Below are positions 12,255-25,149 of a DNA stretch of 64,000 bases, piece after piece. The stretch comes from Potamilus streckersoni (lineage: Eukaryota): NCBI GenBank assembly GCA_016746295.1, contig JAEAOA010000822.1, positions 950,104 to 1,014,103 of the forward strand, read 5' to 3'. The notes below the pieces were generated by a model that was not told where the DNA came from, made no database searches, and saw only the letters and a program-made list of their open reading frames with translations. The translations under genes and the position numbers were made by a program. Positions within the stretch are counted from its first letter, which is position 1. Each line of letters begins with the position of its first letter.

Positions 12255-12368
12255 CATCAGCATTATTTTGTGTGTAGGGCATTCAATAGTGCGAATGTCA
12301 AAGGGCATCTCCACAGAAACAAGTAGTGAAGTCCTGCCTTGTTTGACCTCTACAGTTGCAAGGTCAGA
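12255..12368 (-). CDS. PARP4: PARP4-like exon P (VIT domain)
   Basis: Translation SDLATVEVKQGRTSLLVSVEMPFDIRTIECPTHKIMLM aligns to human TKQSFSLTMSIEMPYVIEFIFSDTHEL. Acceptor tgtatttttcag, donor ATG|gtaaga. Phase 0/0. Confidence 0.8.
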
Positions 12369-13429
12369 CTGAAAAATACATAAAATGGTAAACAAAATAC
12401 AATTCTTTAAAGCCCCTTAAGATGTCTTATCTCTACCATCAATAAAAAAATTCCAGCAATCCAAGATAAAATCCATTTCTTCTTTTTAAATGCAACATGT
12501 TTATGCTATCTGATAGACTTGAGTAATAACAAGTTACATTTACATTGAATGTAGGATTGTTCTATTTTTGTAACAACTAGAAATCATAATATTTTGTTGA
12601 AAATAAACCATGTTGATATGACCAGGGGTCAAGGATGGTCAAACTGGCTGGCAGATCAGCATGATTTTCACTTTAAACCAACTAGACACCATACGAATTC
12701 AGATAAAAACCTCATGTTGATATGATGACTTTCCATTTAAGAGAAAGAACAACAAGCAATAACAAGATTTCTAAAACAGTTACTATGTGGCCATATTAGA
12801 TGTCAGATGGGTGGCTATTTTGGATGTCAGATGGGTGCAAGTTTCATTAACTAGACCTAATAAGCAATCTTTTGGTGAACACAGCAATGCTGAAATGACC
12901 ATCCATGCATAAAACAGGAACAACAGCAAGATTTTTAAGATGACCACCATAAAAAGCAGTGGTAACAAGATTTTAAAATGGTTGCATTTACAAAAATACC
13001 TGATATTGTATGAGCTCATTTAGTGACAACACAATTTTGAAATGACCATCTTTTCCAAAGGAATAGTGATTACAAATGTTAAAAAATGGCTGCTGCTGTG
13101 TCACAATTTTCACTATATCTTAAGATGAATACTTGTATCAAGTCAATCTTACAAGTAAAAATAGCAAACTTGTGCTAACAGATGTAAGTATGATGGACTG
13201 GTGAATGACAGATGATTATACAAGAAATGACAAGCACATTACCCTATAAGTTCTACCAGTAAAAATAATGACCAAAGGCCCGTAGAAGCTTTCCTATTTA
13301 CATCAAGCTAAAAACAATCAATGTGATCATAATGTACAAATTATTGAAAACTGTTCAAAAGACCTGCTCTTGTGTACATCTTTTTAACATGTTTGTATTA
13401 ATCAATGTTAAAGACAGTTACTCTCATGT

Positions 13430-13745
13430 ACATGTATATTTGTCAATAACTGTAAATTCTTATTTTGCCATGACATCATGCTATGCCTGTAAATTCTTAT
13501 CTTATCATGACATGTTATACCTGTAAATTCATATTTTATCATGACATATAATACCTGCAAATTCTTATTTTATTATGACATCATGTTATACCTGTAAATT
13601 CGTAATCTGTCATAATATGTTATAATGGAAATTCATATTTTATCATGACATCATATTGTACTTTCAAATTCTCATTTTATCATGACATCTTGTTATACCT
13701 GTAAATTCTTATTTTATCATGACATCATGTTATACCTGTAACTCT
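13430..13745. repeat. ~54-bp tandem repeat x~6 (tcttattttatcatgacatcatgttatacctgtaaat)
   Basis: Direct reading. Confidence 0.85.
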
Positions 13746-14164
13746 TAGTTTAAGCAAGATAGCTTATGCCAGTATTGTAGTCAGCACCATCTGCAGCAGT
13801 GGTGGTGGTATTGGTGTTACCTAATGAACACCTTTAAGTTTAAAGTTGTATATGTGTTGGCAAGCTTTTCTGTCATCTGAGAGCTCCATTTTTTATTTTT
13901 CATCTGTCCACCTATCCATTCATGCAAGGTATTGGAGTCTCTGTATCAACTCAAATCTGGATTCCCCTACATGCATCCTTGTATCTGACAGGTATGTACA
14001 ATTTTTACCAGTGATTTGTTATGAAGACAAACATCTTTGCTCCAGGTTGACACACGACCATCAAACATTAAATTTGTCCTTAGTCTGAAGGCTGGCTACA
14101 TATATCACTTTAACATATAGTGATGGGCAGACAGACAGACAGACAGAAAAACATGTAACTTTAC

Positions 14165-14329
14165 CTGTGTCTGGTCCTGGAGAGCAGCATCTTTGCTCCA
14201 GGGTGCCACACTGCCAGGAAGCCTAAAACTGATCAATTCATCTTCCACCTGCAGCTCTGCTACATATGTGATCTTAATAAACACAGTGGCCCAAGGTGGC
14301 AAGTTGCCCACACTGATTGTAAACACATC
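14165..14329 (-). CDS. PARP4: PARP4-like exon O (VIT domain)
   Basis: Translation DVFTISVGNLPPWATVFIKITYVAELQVEDELISFRLPGSVAPWSKDAALQDQTQ aligns to human DVFTVSVGNLPPKAKVLIKITYITELS...MPATVAPWQQDKAL. Acceptor ttacattccag, donor CAG|gtaaag. A (GACA)n microsatellite follows the donor. Confidence 0.9.
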
Positions 14330-14479
14330 CTGGAATGTAATACCAATGTGTATCTGCATTAGGATATTGTAATATATTAGCCCTCATTATAAAGGCCCAA
14401 AGTATAATGCTGTTCCTACTTATAACATGGGCATGATTACAGATCTTACTAGTCGAATTTATCATTAATACTTTATTTT

Positions 14480-14536
14480 ACTTTAAGTTCTTGGCTTATT
14501 AGAACCAATTATAAGGTCACCACATCACATCACTCT

Positions 14537-14595
<59 letters not shown>

Positions 14596-14744
14596 ATTGC
14601 TCTTCCTCCTTATAACATGGGCATGATTACAGATCTTAATAGTTAAATTTATCATTACTACTCTATTTTACTTTAAGTTCTTGGCTTATTAGAACCAATT
14701 ATAAGGTCACCACATCACTCTGTGTGTGTGTGTGTGTTTGTGTC

Positions 14745-14792
<48 letters not shown>
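14480..14792. repeat. Duplicated ~160-bp segment with (GT)n and (GT)n(GA)n microsatellites
   Basis: cttataacatgggcatgattacagatctta...ttggcttattagaaccaattataaggtcaccacatca occurs twice, each copy followed by a GT run (14540-14592 and 14715-14760), then (GA)n at 14765-14792. Confidence 0.8.
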
Positions 14793-14797
<5 letters not shown>

Positions 14798-15100
14798 AAT
14801 TTTTAACGTAGCTTTAAAAATTATCCAGTCATATCACTATGATGTCTGCAGTGTGGTAGATTAAAGTGATGTCTATCACTGGGGCATCATGTAGAAGACA
14901 TGTATCATGATGTCCCACCCAGTCACAATATCCTGACACCAGTCTGACAGTCCTAACACTAACTTCTTAATGCTAAGCAATTAGTGAAGCAGCTGCTAGT
15001 ACCATGTTTATAGGTCTATAGTATGACTTGACTGGGTTCAAACCCATGACATTCCACATCTGGGGAAGACATTGTAACCATTAGGTCACTAGAGTAGTCC
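14793..15100 (-). mobile_element. SINE family A, full length
   Basis: Same consensus as the copy at 213-520. (GT)n(GA)n microsatellite tail at 14715-14792; tRNA-like head ...GGTTTGAACCCAGTCAAGTC... on the minus strand. Confidence 0.7.
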
Positions 15101-15149
15101 ACATCACTAAGTACTCTTCATTTTGTTTTAATATAGTGTGGAAACATGG

Positions 15150-15672
15150 AAATGTTGAAACACCTCACAGCATAAAGCTCATGGCAATGTTGAAACACCT
15201 CACAGCATAAAGCTCATGGCAATGTTGAAACACCTCACAGCATAAAGCTCATGGCAATGTTGAAACACCTCACAGCATAAAGCTCATGGCAATGTTGAAA
15301 CACCTCACAGCATAAAGCTCATGGCAATGTTGAAACACCTCACAGCATAGAACTCATGGCAATGTTGAAGCACCTCACACCATAAAGCTCATGGCAATGT
15401 TGAAGCACCTCACAGCATAAAGCTCATGGCAATGTTGAAACACCTCACAGCATAAAGCTCATGGCAATGTTGAAACACCTCACAGCATAAAGCTCATGGC
15501 AATGTTGAAGCACCTCACACCATAAAGCTCATGGCAATGTTGAAACACCTCACAGCATAAAGCTCATGCAAATGTTGAAACACCTCACACCATAAAGCTC
15601 ATGGCAATGTTGAAACACCTCACAGTATAAAGCTCATGGCAATGTTGAAACACCTCACACCATAAAGCTCTT
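15150..15672. repeat. 45-bp minisatellite x~11 (aatgttgaaacacctcacagcataaagctcatggc)
   Basis: Direct reading. Confidence 0.9.
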
Positions 15673-16487
15673 TCACTGCAGTTTGCCTAATGGCTCATAC
15701 AAGAAATTTTATGAGATGCATTGTATACTGCAATCAAACCTGTCTAATAAATTCCCTGTACACTGCAATCAAAATTGTCTAATCAACATCCTTTATACTG
15801 CAATGAAGCCTGGCTAATCAAATCCCTGTACATTGCAATCAATCCTGACTAATCAACCCCTTGTATAATGCAATCAAACCTATTTGATCAAGCCCCTGAA
15901 TATTTCAAATACCTGCCAATTATGGTTACAAAATTTAGTTATGGTACATTAACAAATAGCATATGCCACTGAATACAATGGGTCACTGCCCAATGTGGCT
16001 TTAATTTACAGCCCACAATCAGCCAGATTACAAATGTTTCTTTATATTATGGCTGAAATAAAATTCATATGAGATTTAAATTCAAATGTTTTCACATTTT
16101 AAAGGGAAATGTCAGATGCACCATACAGTAAAATGACAAATGTAAGCATGAATTCTAAAGAATTCAACATGAACCATCTTAAAAAGAAATTTCATAGAAA
16201 GAGTTGACAAATATGACCTGTATCTTAATTTATATAAATTTAAATTTCCTAAATCTCATGTATAGCCCCACTAGCTTTTGCATAACTGCCCATATTCATA
16301 TCATTCTCAGGATAATGCAAACATGATTTTAAATGCAATGGCAGAATGTAGAAAGCTTGAAAATATATAAGAAATTAATTTTGTTTTTTTTATTTATCTG
16401 TATAGCATATAAAAGCAACATGTAGAACATTTCTTTGATAAATTCAATGTAGAATCCAATGTTTTCCATAAGACTAGCATCACTCAC

Positions 16488-16712
16488 TGGTGTCTCCTCA
16501 TCCTGATCCATGAGGTAGGCCCCATGACCTTCGCTGATGGCCTTCTTGTACTCTTTATGTGCCGTCTCTTTTTCCTTCACCTCACCAATAATATGTTTGC
16601 CATTGATGAAAGCCTCAAAGCCACATACGACAGCCATTTCATCCAGTGGGAACACATACTTTGCCTCTAGGGGCACAGAACTGTTGTTACTGTACTCTTG
16701 AATCACTACTAC
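16488..16712 (-). CDS. PARP4: PARP4-like exon N (VIT domain)
   Basis: Translation VVVIQEYSNNSSVPLEAKYVFPLDEMAVVCGFEAFINGKHIIGEVKEKETAHKEYKKAISEGHGAYLMDQDEETP is near-identical in places to human VIVFQTYTNKSHVPIEAKYIFPLDDKAAVCGFEAFINGKHIVGEIKEKEEAQQEY...GHGAYLM. Acceptor ttcctcaaatag, donor CCA|gtgagt. Confidence 0.9.
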
Positions 16713-16879
16713 CTATTTGAGGAAAAATTTAAAATTTAATATCTTGCCCATAACAAGCATCACAACCTTGACCTCCGATCTTTTTGTGCTTCGACTTACA
16801 TTCATTTACATTATCAGTCCTGTAAATTACACAATTTTACAATCATTACGTTTTTAAAATTTAGCAATACCCTAAATTA

Positions 16880-17290
16880 AAATTATTCATCTATATTCTG
16901 TAAAATTATTACTGTATACAATATGCTAATTGACAATGAGACCATATTCACAGTGACAATGTTACTGTATACAGCATGCTTATTGACAATAAAACCATAT
17001 ATTCATAGAGACATTGTTACTGTCTACAATATGCTAATTGACAATGAGACCATATTCACAGTGACAATGGTACTGTATACAGCATGCTAATTGATAATGA
17101 GACCATATTCACAGTGACTTTGTTATTGTATACAGCATGCTTATTGTCAATAAGACCATATTCATAGAGACACTGTTACTGTCTACAATATACTGACTGA
17201 CAGTATGACCATGTTCAGTGACATTTTTACTGAATACAACATGCTAACTGACAACCATATTCACAGTGATGTTGTTATTGTATGCAATAT
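16880..17290. repeat. ~60-bp tandem repeat x~7 (atgctaattgacaatgagaccatattcacagtgacaatgttactgtatacagc)
   Basis: Direct reading. Confidence 0.85.
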
Positions 17291-18963
17291 GCTAATTGAC
17301 AATGAAACAATAATGAAAACCTTGTGATTTTAATGATCACAAAAACTCAAATGATTCAAGAATACTGTAAACATTCATTTATAAGTGATATTATTCAACT
17401 CTTGCAATCATTCTCTTGTATGCAACTTTCCAACAACTTTATCCCCAAAAAAATTTACTGAACAATGACTTTACCAAAATCATTCCCCAATCCATATAGT
17501 CCCATGAAAGGTTTATGTCTATCATTCAAAATTTTGAAAGCTATGTAAGTAACTATAATTTATATTAAAAAGTTTCAATAAATTCTACATTATTGTTTAT
17601 TTTAATTCTAGCTATCAATTCTTTCACTATATATAATACCAATAACATAGATATTAGAACTTTTAAACAAAAATTTAAAATTAGATTTGACTTGTTCTCC
17701 ATAGTATACTGCAATCATTCTTACTATAATTCCTTTTTTTGCATCTCATACTTTATGAATTTCCAACATATGAATTCACTAAAAACACAAAAAATATAGA
17801 ATCCAAATTTATCCTGTTAAAGATTTTAGTAACAATTATTAATGGTAATGTTCAAGCTAAATTCCATTCTAAAAATGTCAAATCATATTAACTTCCAATA
17901 TACACATTATAAAATGTACATGGTCTGTATTTTTATATTAAACAGGAATGAAAGACATATGTAAGAAAATATCAGGATATAAACTTTTAATCTGACACAA
18001 GTCTAAAGAGAATGGCATCCAAAGCAATCAAAAGAATGGGAAAAAAATACAAGCACTTATAATTACCTCTACCTATTCAGTGGCTGTCATTATTCTGACA
18101 TCTACTGAATATATGATGCTTCTTTATAACAATTAAACAAACCAATTAACAGATTATTAGTATCCAGTTGTTTATAATAAAATGAATTATACCATCATCT
18201 CAGTAACCTTCTGACACAGACTCAACATAAATGTTTGTTAAAATCACAAGATACAACTTCTAAGCTTTTGCTTTTGCCAAATTTCATCACTAGTTCTTCA
18301 AACATTTTTAAGAATTATTCAAAAACAACTTAAAGTTTTTATTTCATGTTCTTGTTTTTGTCTTATATATTTTTTAAATTATTTTTTTATATTTGTTTTT
18401 TGTTCTTCTGATCTGGAAAAAGTGTTCAGGGAACTGCCAGACATGTTTCATCAGCGCACACACAATATGGAATTATTTATTATTAATATAATATCATTTT
18501 CTTTCAAAAAAATACAACACAAACATAACCATGGCAGTTCAAAATCATCATGTAATACAAGTCAAGAAGCTTCTGTTCATTTATTTTTGCTTCTGATGGA
18601 TACACATGCTGTGATATTGAAGGGAGGCAACTCTGATTTTACTGATGTGCACATTTGCAGTGCTTTATGTCAATTTTGATTTATATTGGAAGTAAACCAC
18701 TACTTTCATTATTCCATGTTACTTATTTATATCTCATTTATGAGACCAATATTTCTTCTAAACAATGTAAATTATAATTCCTATCCATCAATGATAGATG
18801 CTACCCTCCCCCATCCTCAACTATTAACCAAACTTTTAGTCCATCTTTCTAGTTTGCATTCTTAGTCTTCATTTACGGACCCCACAATTCAAGTTATCAA
18901 CGAAGAGGTGTAACATGTTCTGTTAAAACTACACATGGTAATAGTGATGATACAAGCGAATAC

Positions 18964-19094
18964 CTGAGACACCATATCTAAAAGCCGAGCTGAAATGTGA
19001 ACTTGTTTCAGGTCAACTGGTGCATCACCGCTGGAAACCAATCCTGCCTTGACCTTTGACACTGGATCAATGACATTGGCCACATCTTTCAAAT
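18964..19094 (-). CDS. PARP4: PARP4-like exon M (linker into VIT)
   Basis: Translation (D)LKDVANVIDPVSKVKAGLVSSGDAPVDLKQVHISARLLDMVSQ aligns to human TKAGLQDASGNLVPLEDVHIKGRIIDTVAQ. Acceptor cttatacag, donor CAG|gtattc. Phase 1 in, matching exon L. Confidence 0.8.
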
Positions 19095-19439
19095 CTGTAT
19101 AAGAACATAAAGTAATCTTGTAAGGCAGTGAATAAAGTCAACATCAAAATGCCTCAATATTTTTAATATAGTTTCCTTAGATCAATTATTAGTCGCCTTT
19201 TAAGAAAAATAAAATAGAAAAGACTATCACTCTACTCATAGTCTTGGAATTGAAAGACAGCATGCCATTTTTGCTAGATCTCTCAGCTCAAAATTAAAAT
19301 GGTGTGTATTGATGGATAATTAATTACAGTAATTAATGCTCTTGTGCTCTAAAGTTAAGCCTTAATCAAAATTATATAATTTCACTTGGGTGCCAATTCT
19401 TCACAGGTTAAGTCCCATGTAATGCTGAAAACCACATAA

Positions 19440-20880
19440 GTTATGTTCATGGAAGCTAAGAAGACCTTCCTGTCCTAAACTGACTATAAGAAGACCTTCC
19501 TGTCCTGAAATGACTATAACAAGACCTTCCTGTCCTGAACTGACAATAAGAAGACCTTCCTGTCCTAAACTGACTATAAGAAGACCTTCCTGTTCTAACC
19601 TGACTATAAGAAGACCTTGCTGTCCTGAACTGACAATAAGAATACCTTCCTGTCCTGAACTGACTATAAGACCTTCCTGTCTTAAACTGACTATAAGAAG
19701 ACCTTCCTGTCCTGAACTGACAATAAGACCTTCCTGTCCTGAACTGACTATAAGACCTTCCTGTCCTGAACTGACAATAAGAAAACCTTCCTGTCCTGAA
19801 CTGACAATATGAAGACTTTCCACTCCTGAACTGACAATAACAAGACCTTCCTGTACTGAACTGACTATAAGACCAACCTGTCCCTAAACTGACTATAAGA
19901 AGACCTTCCTGTCCTAAACTGACTATAAGAAGACCTTCCTGTCCTGAACTGACAATAAGACCTTCCTGTCCTGAATTGACTATAAGACCTTCATGTCCTG
20001 AACTGACTATAAGACCTTCCTGTCCTAAACTGACAATAAGAAGACCTTCCTGTCCTGAACTGACAATAAGAAGACTTTCCAGTCCCTAAACTGACAATAA
20101 GACGACCTTCCTGTCTTGAACTGACTATTAGACCTTCCTGTCCTAAACTGACTATATGAAGACCTTCCTGTCCTAAACTGACTATAAGAAGACCTTCCTG
20201 TCATGAACTAACAATAAGACCTTTCTGTCCTGAACTGACTATAAGACCTCCCTGTCCTGAACTGACAATAAGAAGACCTTCCTGTCCTGAACTGACAATA
20301 AGACTTTCCAGTCCTGAACTGACAATAAGACCTTCCTGTCCTGAATTGACTATAAGACCTTCCTGTCCTAAACTGACTATAAGAAGACCTTCCTGTCCTG
20401 AACTGACAATAAGACCTTCCTGTCCTGAACTGACTATAAGACCTTCCCGTCCTAAACTGACAATAAGAAGACCTTCCTGTCCTGAACTGACAATAACTAG
20501 ACCTTTCTGTCCTGAACTGACTATAAGACTTCCTGTCCTGAACTGACTATAAGAAGACCTTCCAGTCCTGAACTGACAATAAGAAGACCTTCCTCTCCTG
20601 AACTGACTATAAGACCTTCCTGTCCTGAACTGACTATAAGAAGACCTTCCTGTCCTGAACTGACTATAAGACCTTCCTGTCCTGAACTGACTATAAGAAG
20701 ACCTTCCAGTCCTGAACTGACAATAAGAAGACCTTCCTGTCCTGAACTGACTATAAGACCTTCCTGTCCTGAACTGACTATAAGACCTTCCTGTCCTAAA
20801 CTGACTATAAGAAGACCTTCCTGTCCTGAACTGACTATAAGACCTTCCTGTCCTAAATTGACTGTAATTGGAATGGCAAT
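19440..20880. repeat. 1.4-kb minisatellite, 27-30-bp unit (gaccttcctgtcctgaactgactataagaa) x~50
   Basis: Direct reading; it generates long spurious ORFs on both strands (19401..19823, 19510..19812, 20521..20886). Confidence 0.9.
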
Positions 20881-20999
20881 CAACATCAGAAAAAAACTGG
20901 ACCTATATTCTTAAAATTTAGCTCAAGCTAAAAACCAGAAGATCATATATCCTCAAAATATTCTGAGACCATATAAAAATGTATCCATTGTTATTTTTT

Positions 21000-21300
21000 C
21001 CTGTCCCAAGATTTACAGACATTACAATAGTCTACAAAAAGACTTAAAAATGTTCAAGTTTAGACATGTGGATAAGCCACACACACACACACCTTCTTCC
21101 AGGCCTTTATTTTTTCCTAAATTACTTGGCTTGTATGCAAGTATATACAGTATATCTTTACATTTATTGTATTTTATTTCCTGCAATTTTAATAAGTTAA
21201 TGTTGTAAATTTGAAATCCTTAATTATGACAGTTTTAGTGTTGCACATGTAACTGTATAACATATATTTTGTAGAATAATTCACACCTCTCTGTAAGATA
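21000..21300. repeat. Dispersed duplicate, copy 1 (~280 bp) of the segment at 22010-22290
   Basis: The run tacagacattacaatagtctacaaaaagacttaaaaatgttcaagtttagacatgtgg...ttcttccaggcctttatttttt...gcaagtatatacagtatatctttacatttattgtattttatttcctgcaattttaataagttaatgttgtaaatttgaaatccttaattatgacagttttagtgttg is repeated about 1 kb downstream. Confidence 0.75.
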
Positions 21301-22009
21301 GATTGCAATATATTTGTATGTATTGCTAATATCTATAGTGAGTTGAAGTCAATCATTAACGTAATAAAAGTCACCAATTTATACTGCATATGTCTTATGT
21401 TATTCAAGTAATGAACCACAATCAAATTATAATAAATAATTAGCCTTTATTATTACCACTCTTTATGAACATGTAAATTGTGCTGGTTATGTGCCTTGTA
21501 CAATTAAACGTGCATACCGTTTCATACATATTGCCTCAGTTTGTAAGATCACTTATATCATTGAAAATGAGTAACTCATGAGCACATTATTCAATGTAAA
21601 TGAAACAGTTATTAAGGACTAATTGAAATGTTATCTGGAAGAATGCACTTTGGTTGAAACAGTGAATAAAGCATCTGCATCTAATATGTTTGAAAATAAA
21701 TAAATCTGCATCTAATATTTTTGAAAATAAAAAAGGATTTAAGTGATGCTATGCATGCTTTACACTAAATACTGTACATTATAGTTCAGCCTGGTCTCCG
21801 GCACAAATTCAACCAGCCTGCTAATTATGAAGTCTGTATTTACCATTATTTAATTTTGTGTTGGAGAAATCTAAAATTATGCACATGTAAAATAATAACA
21901 AAATCGATTAAAGTACTTAACAACAGTTTAATAAGTGTCGGGTCACTGAAAATGATTATTTTTTACATGCATATGTCTTAGCAAACAGAAAAATTTATTT
22001 TTTTCTGTC

Positions 22010-22290
22010 CATCACTTACAGCCACTATAGTAGTCTACAAAAGGACTTAAAAACAGTCAAAAGTTTAGACACTGACCTGCGAATAAGCCCCCCCTTCTTC
22101 CAGGCCTTTATTTTTTTTTTTTCTAAATTATTCAGCTTACATGCAAGTATATAGGTATATCTTTACATTTATTGTATTTCATTTCTTGCAATTTTAATAC
22201 ATTAATGTTGTAAATTTGAAGTCCTTAATTATGACAGTTTTAGTGTTGAAAAGGTGTCATTGCACATAATTGTATAACATGTATTTTGTA
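22010..22290. repeat. Dispersed duplicate, copy 2
   Basis: See copy 1 at 21000-21300; about 90% identity by eye. Confidence 0.75.
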
Positions 22291-22479
22291 GAATATTTAA
22301 ATGCAAATGAATCACTGACATTATGCAATAAAATTTATATTTGGTACAATTAAACATTTCAGGGACTGTACCTTCTATAATTACATACACTGAGCTACAG
22401 GTGCCAAATTTTTTAAGACCCAAATCGTGTTTCCAATATAATTACTAACTTAATTACTGCACACATGGACAGAACCCAT

Positions 22480-23560
22480 GGACAAGATGGGTATTGAAAG
22501 AAAGGGAAGTACCACCACACACGAGGACATAACCCATGGAGAGGAGTGGTACTAACAGAAGGGAAAGTTTCATGACAAACTTGGACAGAAGAGTGCTATG
22601 AAAAGATGGGGAAGTATCACAACACACAGAGGCAGAACCCATGGACAGGAGTGTTATTGAGAGAGGAAGTAGCACTACACACAGGGGCTAAACCCATGGA
22701 CAGGAGTGTTATTGAGAGAGGAAGTAGCACTACACACAGGGGCTAAACCCATGGACAGGAGTGTTATTGAGAGAGGAAGTAGCACTACACACAGGGGCTA
22801 AACCAATGGACAGGAGTGTTATTGAGAGAGGAAGTAGCACTACACACAGGGGCTAAACCAATGGACAGGAGTGTTATTGAGAGAGGAAGTAGCACTACAC
22901 ACATTGGCTAAACCCATGGACAGGAGTGTTATTGAGAGAAGAAGTATCACTACACACAGGGGCAAAGTTTCTGGACAGGAGTGGTATTGAAATAAGGGGA
23001 AGTATCACCGCACACAGGGACAGACCCGATGGACAGGGGTGGTATTGAAATAAGGGGATGTATCACCGCACACAGGGACAGATCTGATGGACAGGAGCAG
23101 TATTGAAATAAGGGGAAGTATCACCGCACACTGGGACAGATCCGATGGACAGGAGTGGTATCGAAATAAGGGGAAGTATCACCGCACACAGGGACAGATC
23201 CGATGGACAGGAGTGGTATTGAAATAAGGGGAAGTATCACCGCACACAGGGACAGATCCGATGGACAGGAGTGGTATTGAAATAACGGGAAGTATCACTG
23301 CACAGAGGGACAGATCCGATGGACAGGATTGGTATTGAAATAAGGGGAAGTATCACAGCACACAGAGACAGATCTGATGCCAGGAGTGGTATTGAAATAA
23401 GGGGAAGTATCACCGCACACAGGGACAGATCCGATGGACAGGAGTGGTATTGAAATAACGGGAAGTATCACCGCACACAGGGACAGATCTGATGGACAGG
23501 AGTGGTATTGAAATAAGGGGAAGTATCACCGCACACAGGGATAGGTCTGAGTGGTATTGA
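22480..23560. repeat. ~58-60-bp minisatellite x~18, two subfamilies
   Basis: Units atggacaggagtgttattgagagaggaagtagcactacacacaggggctaaaccc (22640-22960) and gatggacaggagtggtattgaaataaggggaagtatcaccgcacacagggacagatcc (22960-23560). Confidence 0.9.
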
Positions 23561-23987
23561 AAGAGACACGGGAAAGTATCACTATGCACTGGAACTCAAC
23601 CATTGAACAGTGATGGTATTGAAAGAAGCTGAAGGATGTGACAATGTTATATTTAAAACAAGTGAAATGGTAAAGGAGTGAAAACAGATCTGATGAACAA
23701 AAACTGTAACCCAAATATGTTCCCTGTGGTTCCTTAGCTACACCTAGGGGCAGAAGTGAAACAGAGATGAGTTGGTAATATTATATTCCAAGAATGAGGT
23801 GAATCAAAATGATTACTGAGTTATATCTGCTGGGAAAAAAAACAGCCATACATTCACACACCCAGAAATAAAACACCCAAATGAAAGATGCCCACATCAT
23901 AGGGGCCATACAAATCTCACCCACCACATCATACAGGCTATAAGAATCTCATAAAACACTAATAATTCTTCCAAAAAATGTACATAC

Positions 23988-24165
23988 CAACTTCTTTGAG
24001 CAATAAATCCTCAACATCATCACTGTCCATTTTACCTACAAAAAGTTGCTGATTGTGCAAAACACTTCCCACATCCTGGGCTATAATTATATCTCCAGGC
24101 AGAGTAAATTCTACCAGGTACTTGATCTTCTGCTGGTTTGTGTTGTAAACCACATATTCATCTGC
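23988..24165 (-). CDS. PARP4: PARP4-like exon L (end of PARP catalytic domain, catalytic Glu)
   Basis: Translation ADEYVVYNTNQQKIKYLVEFTLPGDIIIAQDVGSVLHNQQLFVGKMDSDDVEDLLLKEV aligns to human DDEFVVYKTNQVKMKYIIKFSMPGD and to PARP1 [21 protein letters not shown]. Acceptor ccaattttag, donor TTG|gtatgt. Phase 0 in, 1 out. Confidence 0.85.
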
Positions 24166-25149
24166 CTAAAATTGGGAGAGTAAATTATAATAGGCAAACC
24201 AATCTTACAGAATATATTTATATAAAGACCACCTATCTATCAACAAAACTTCCTATATTGCCCAATGAAAATCCTTACCACACTTAACCAGCATATGTGT
24301 GACCTTACTATATCTGCAGACTGGCAACATATAATGGACTCTTTATTATAATTAAACCTCTTTATACTGTCCACCTGTATCATACAGTCAATATGCTTGG
24401 TCCCAACAGTATTTGGTTAGAGGAACTCTTGTGCATTTGTCCGCTGTACATGGATCAGCTGATTATTATGGTGTCACAAATTCCCATTATCACTGCATGT
24501 AGAGAATGCTTTAACTACAATTTGTAAGAAAATGATAAATGTAACTTTTTCTATATATGAGACCTGTCTGACTGAAGAGCAATTAAAACCAAAAAAGCTT
24601 AATGCAATCTCTTGTAGAGTTGCCCATTTCAATGCTGTCTTTATAACTAATGATTATTCATTATAACAGTGAAGGAGTTGTCATTTTTTAGCCTATCCAA
24701 TTACCTTTTGCCCAATTAGTCTCATTAAATCAAAATATTTTACTATTCCAGTAATTCATCACTATTATAATTTCAAAGGATGCAAGAACAAAACTTTATT
24801 TTTTTATTTGTAATATGTATAAGTGATTTAAGTTAAGGTTCTAAAGAACAGCATGTCCTGCCTTCACACAGCACTGTTGTTAATCAAATCTGAGTCAGCT
24901 GGATACTTTCTATACACATTTTTTCCCATGTAAACAAATCTGGTCTGCTGGATACTCTCTGTACAAATTTTTTTTCCATGCTGTTGAAAACAAATCGCTT
25001 TATGGTTTCTTTATTGAAAGGCATATCCAGATAATTTCTCCAATATTGAAAAGTATACCCAAATATTTTGCCCAATATTGAATGGCATATCTGCATAATT
25101 TGTCCAGTACTGAAAGACCTTAATGCCAAGTTGTTTTTGTCAAAGTAGA

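Noticed and set aside
19095-19400. Micro-exon ACTATGA|gtagag that could supply an ATG before exon M
   Set aside because: Not needed. Exon L (phase 1 out) joins exon M (phase 1 in) directly with a conserved junction, and the donor GTAGAG is weak.
19401-20886. Long ORFs on both strands (100-140 aa: SGQEGL.. and RPSCPELTI.. repeats)
   Set aside because: Entirely generated by the 27-30-bp minisatellite; periodic low-complexity translation in several frames is not coding.
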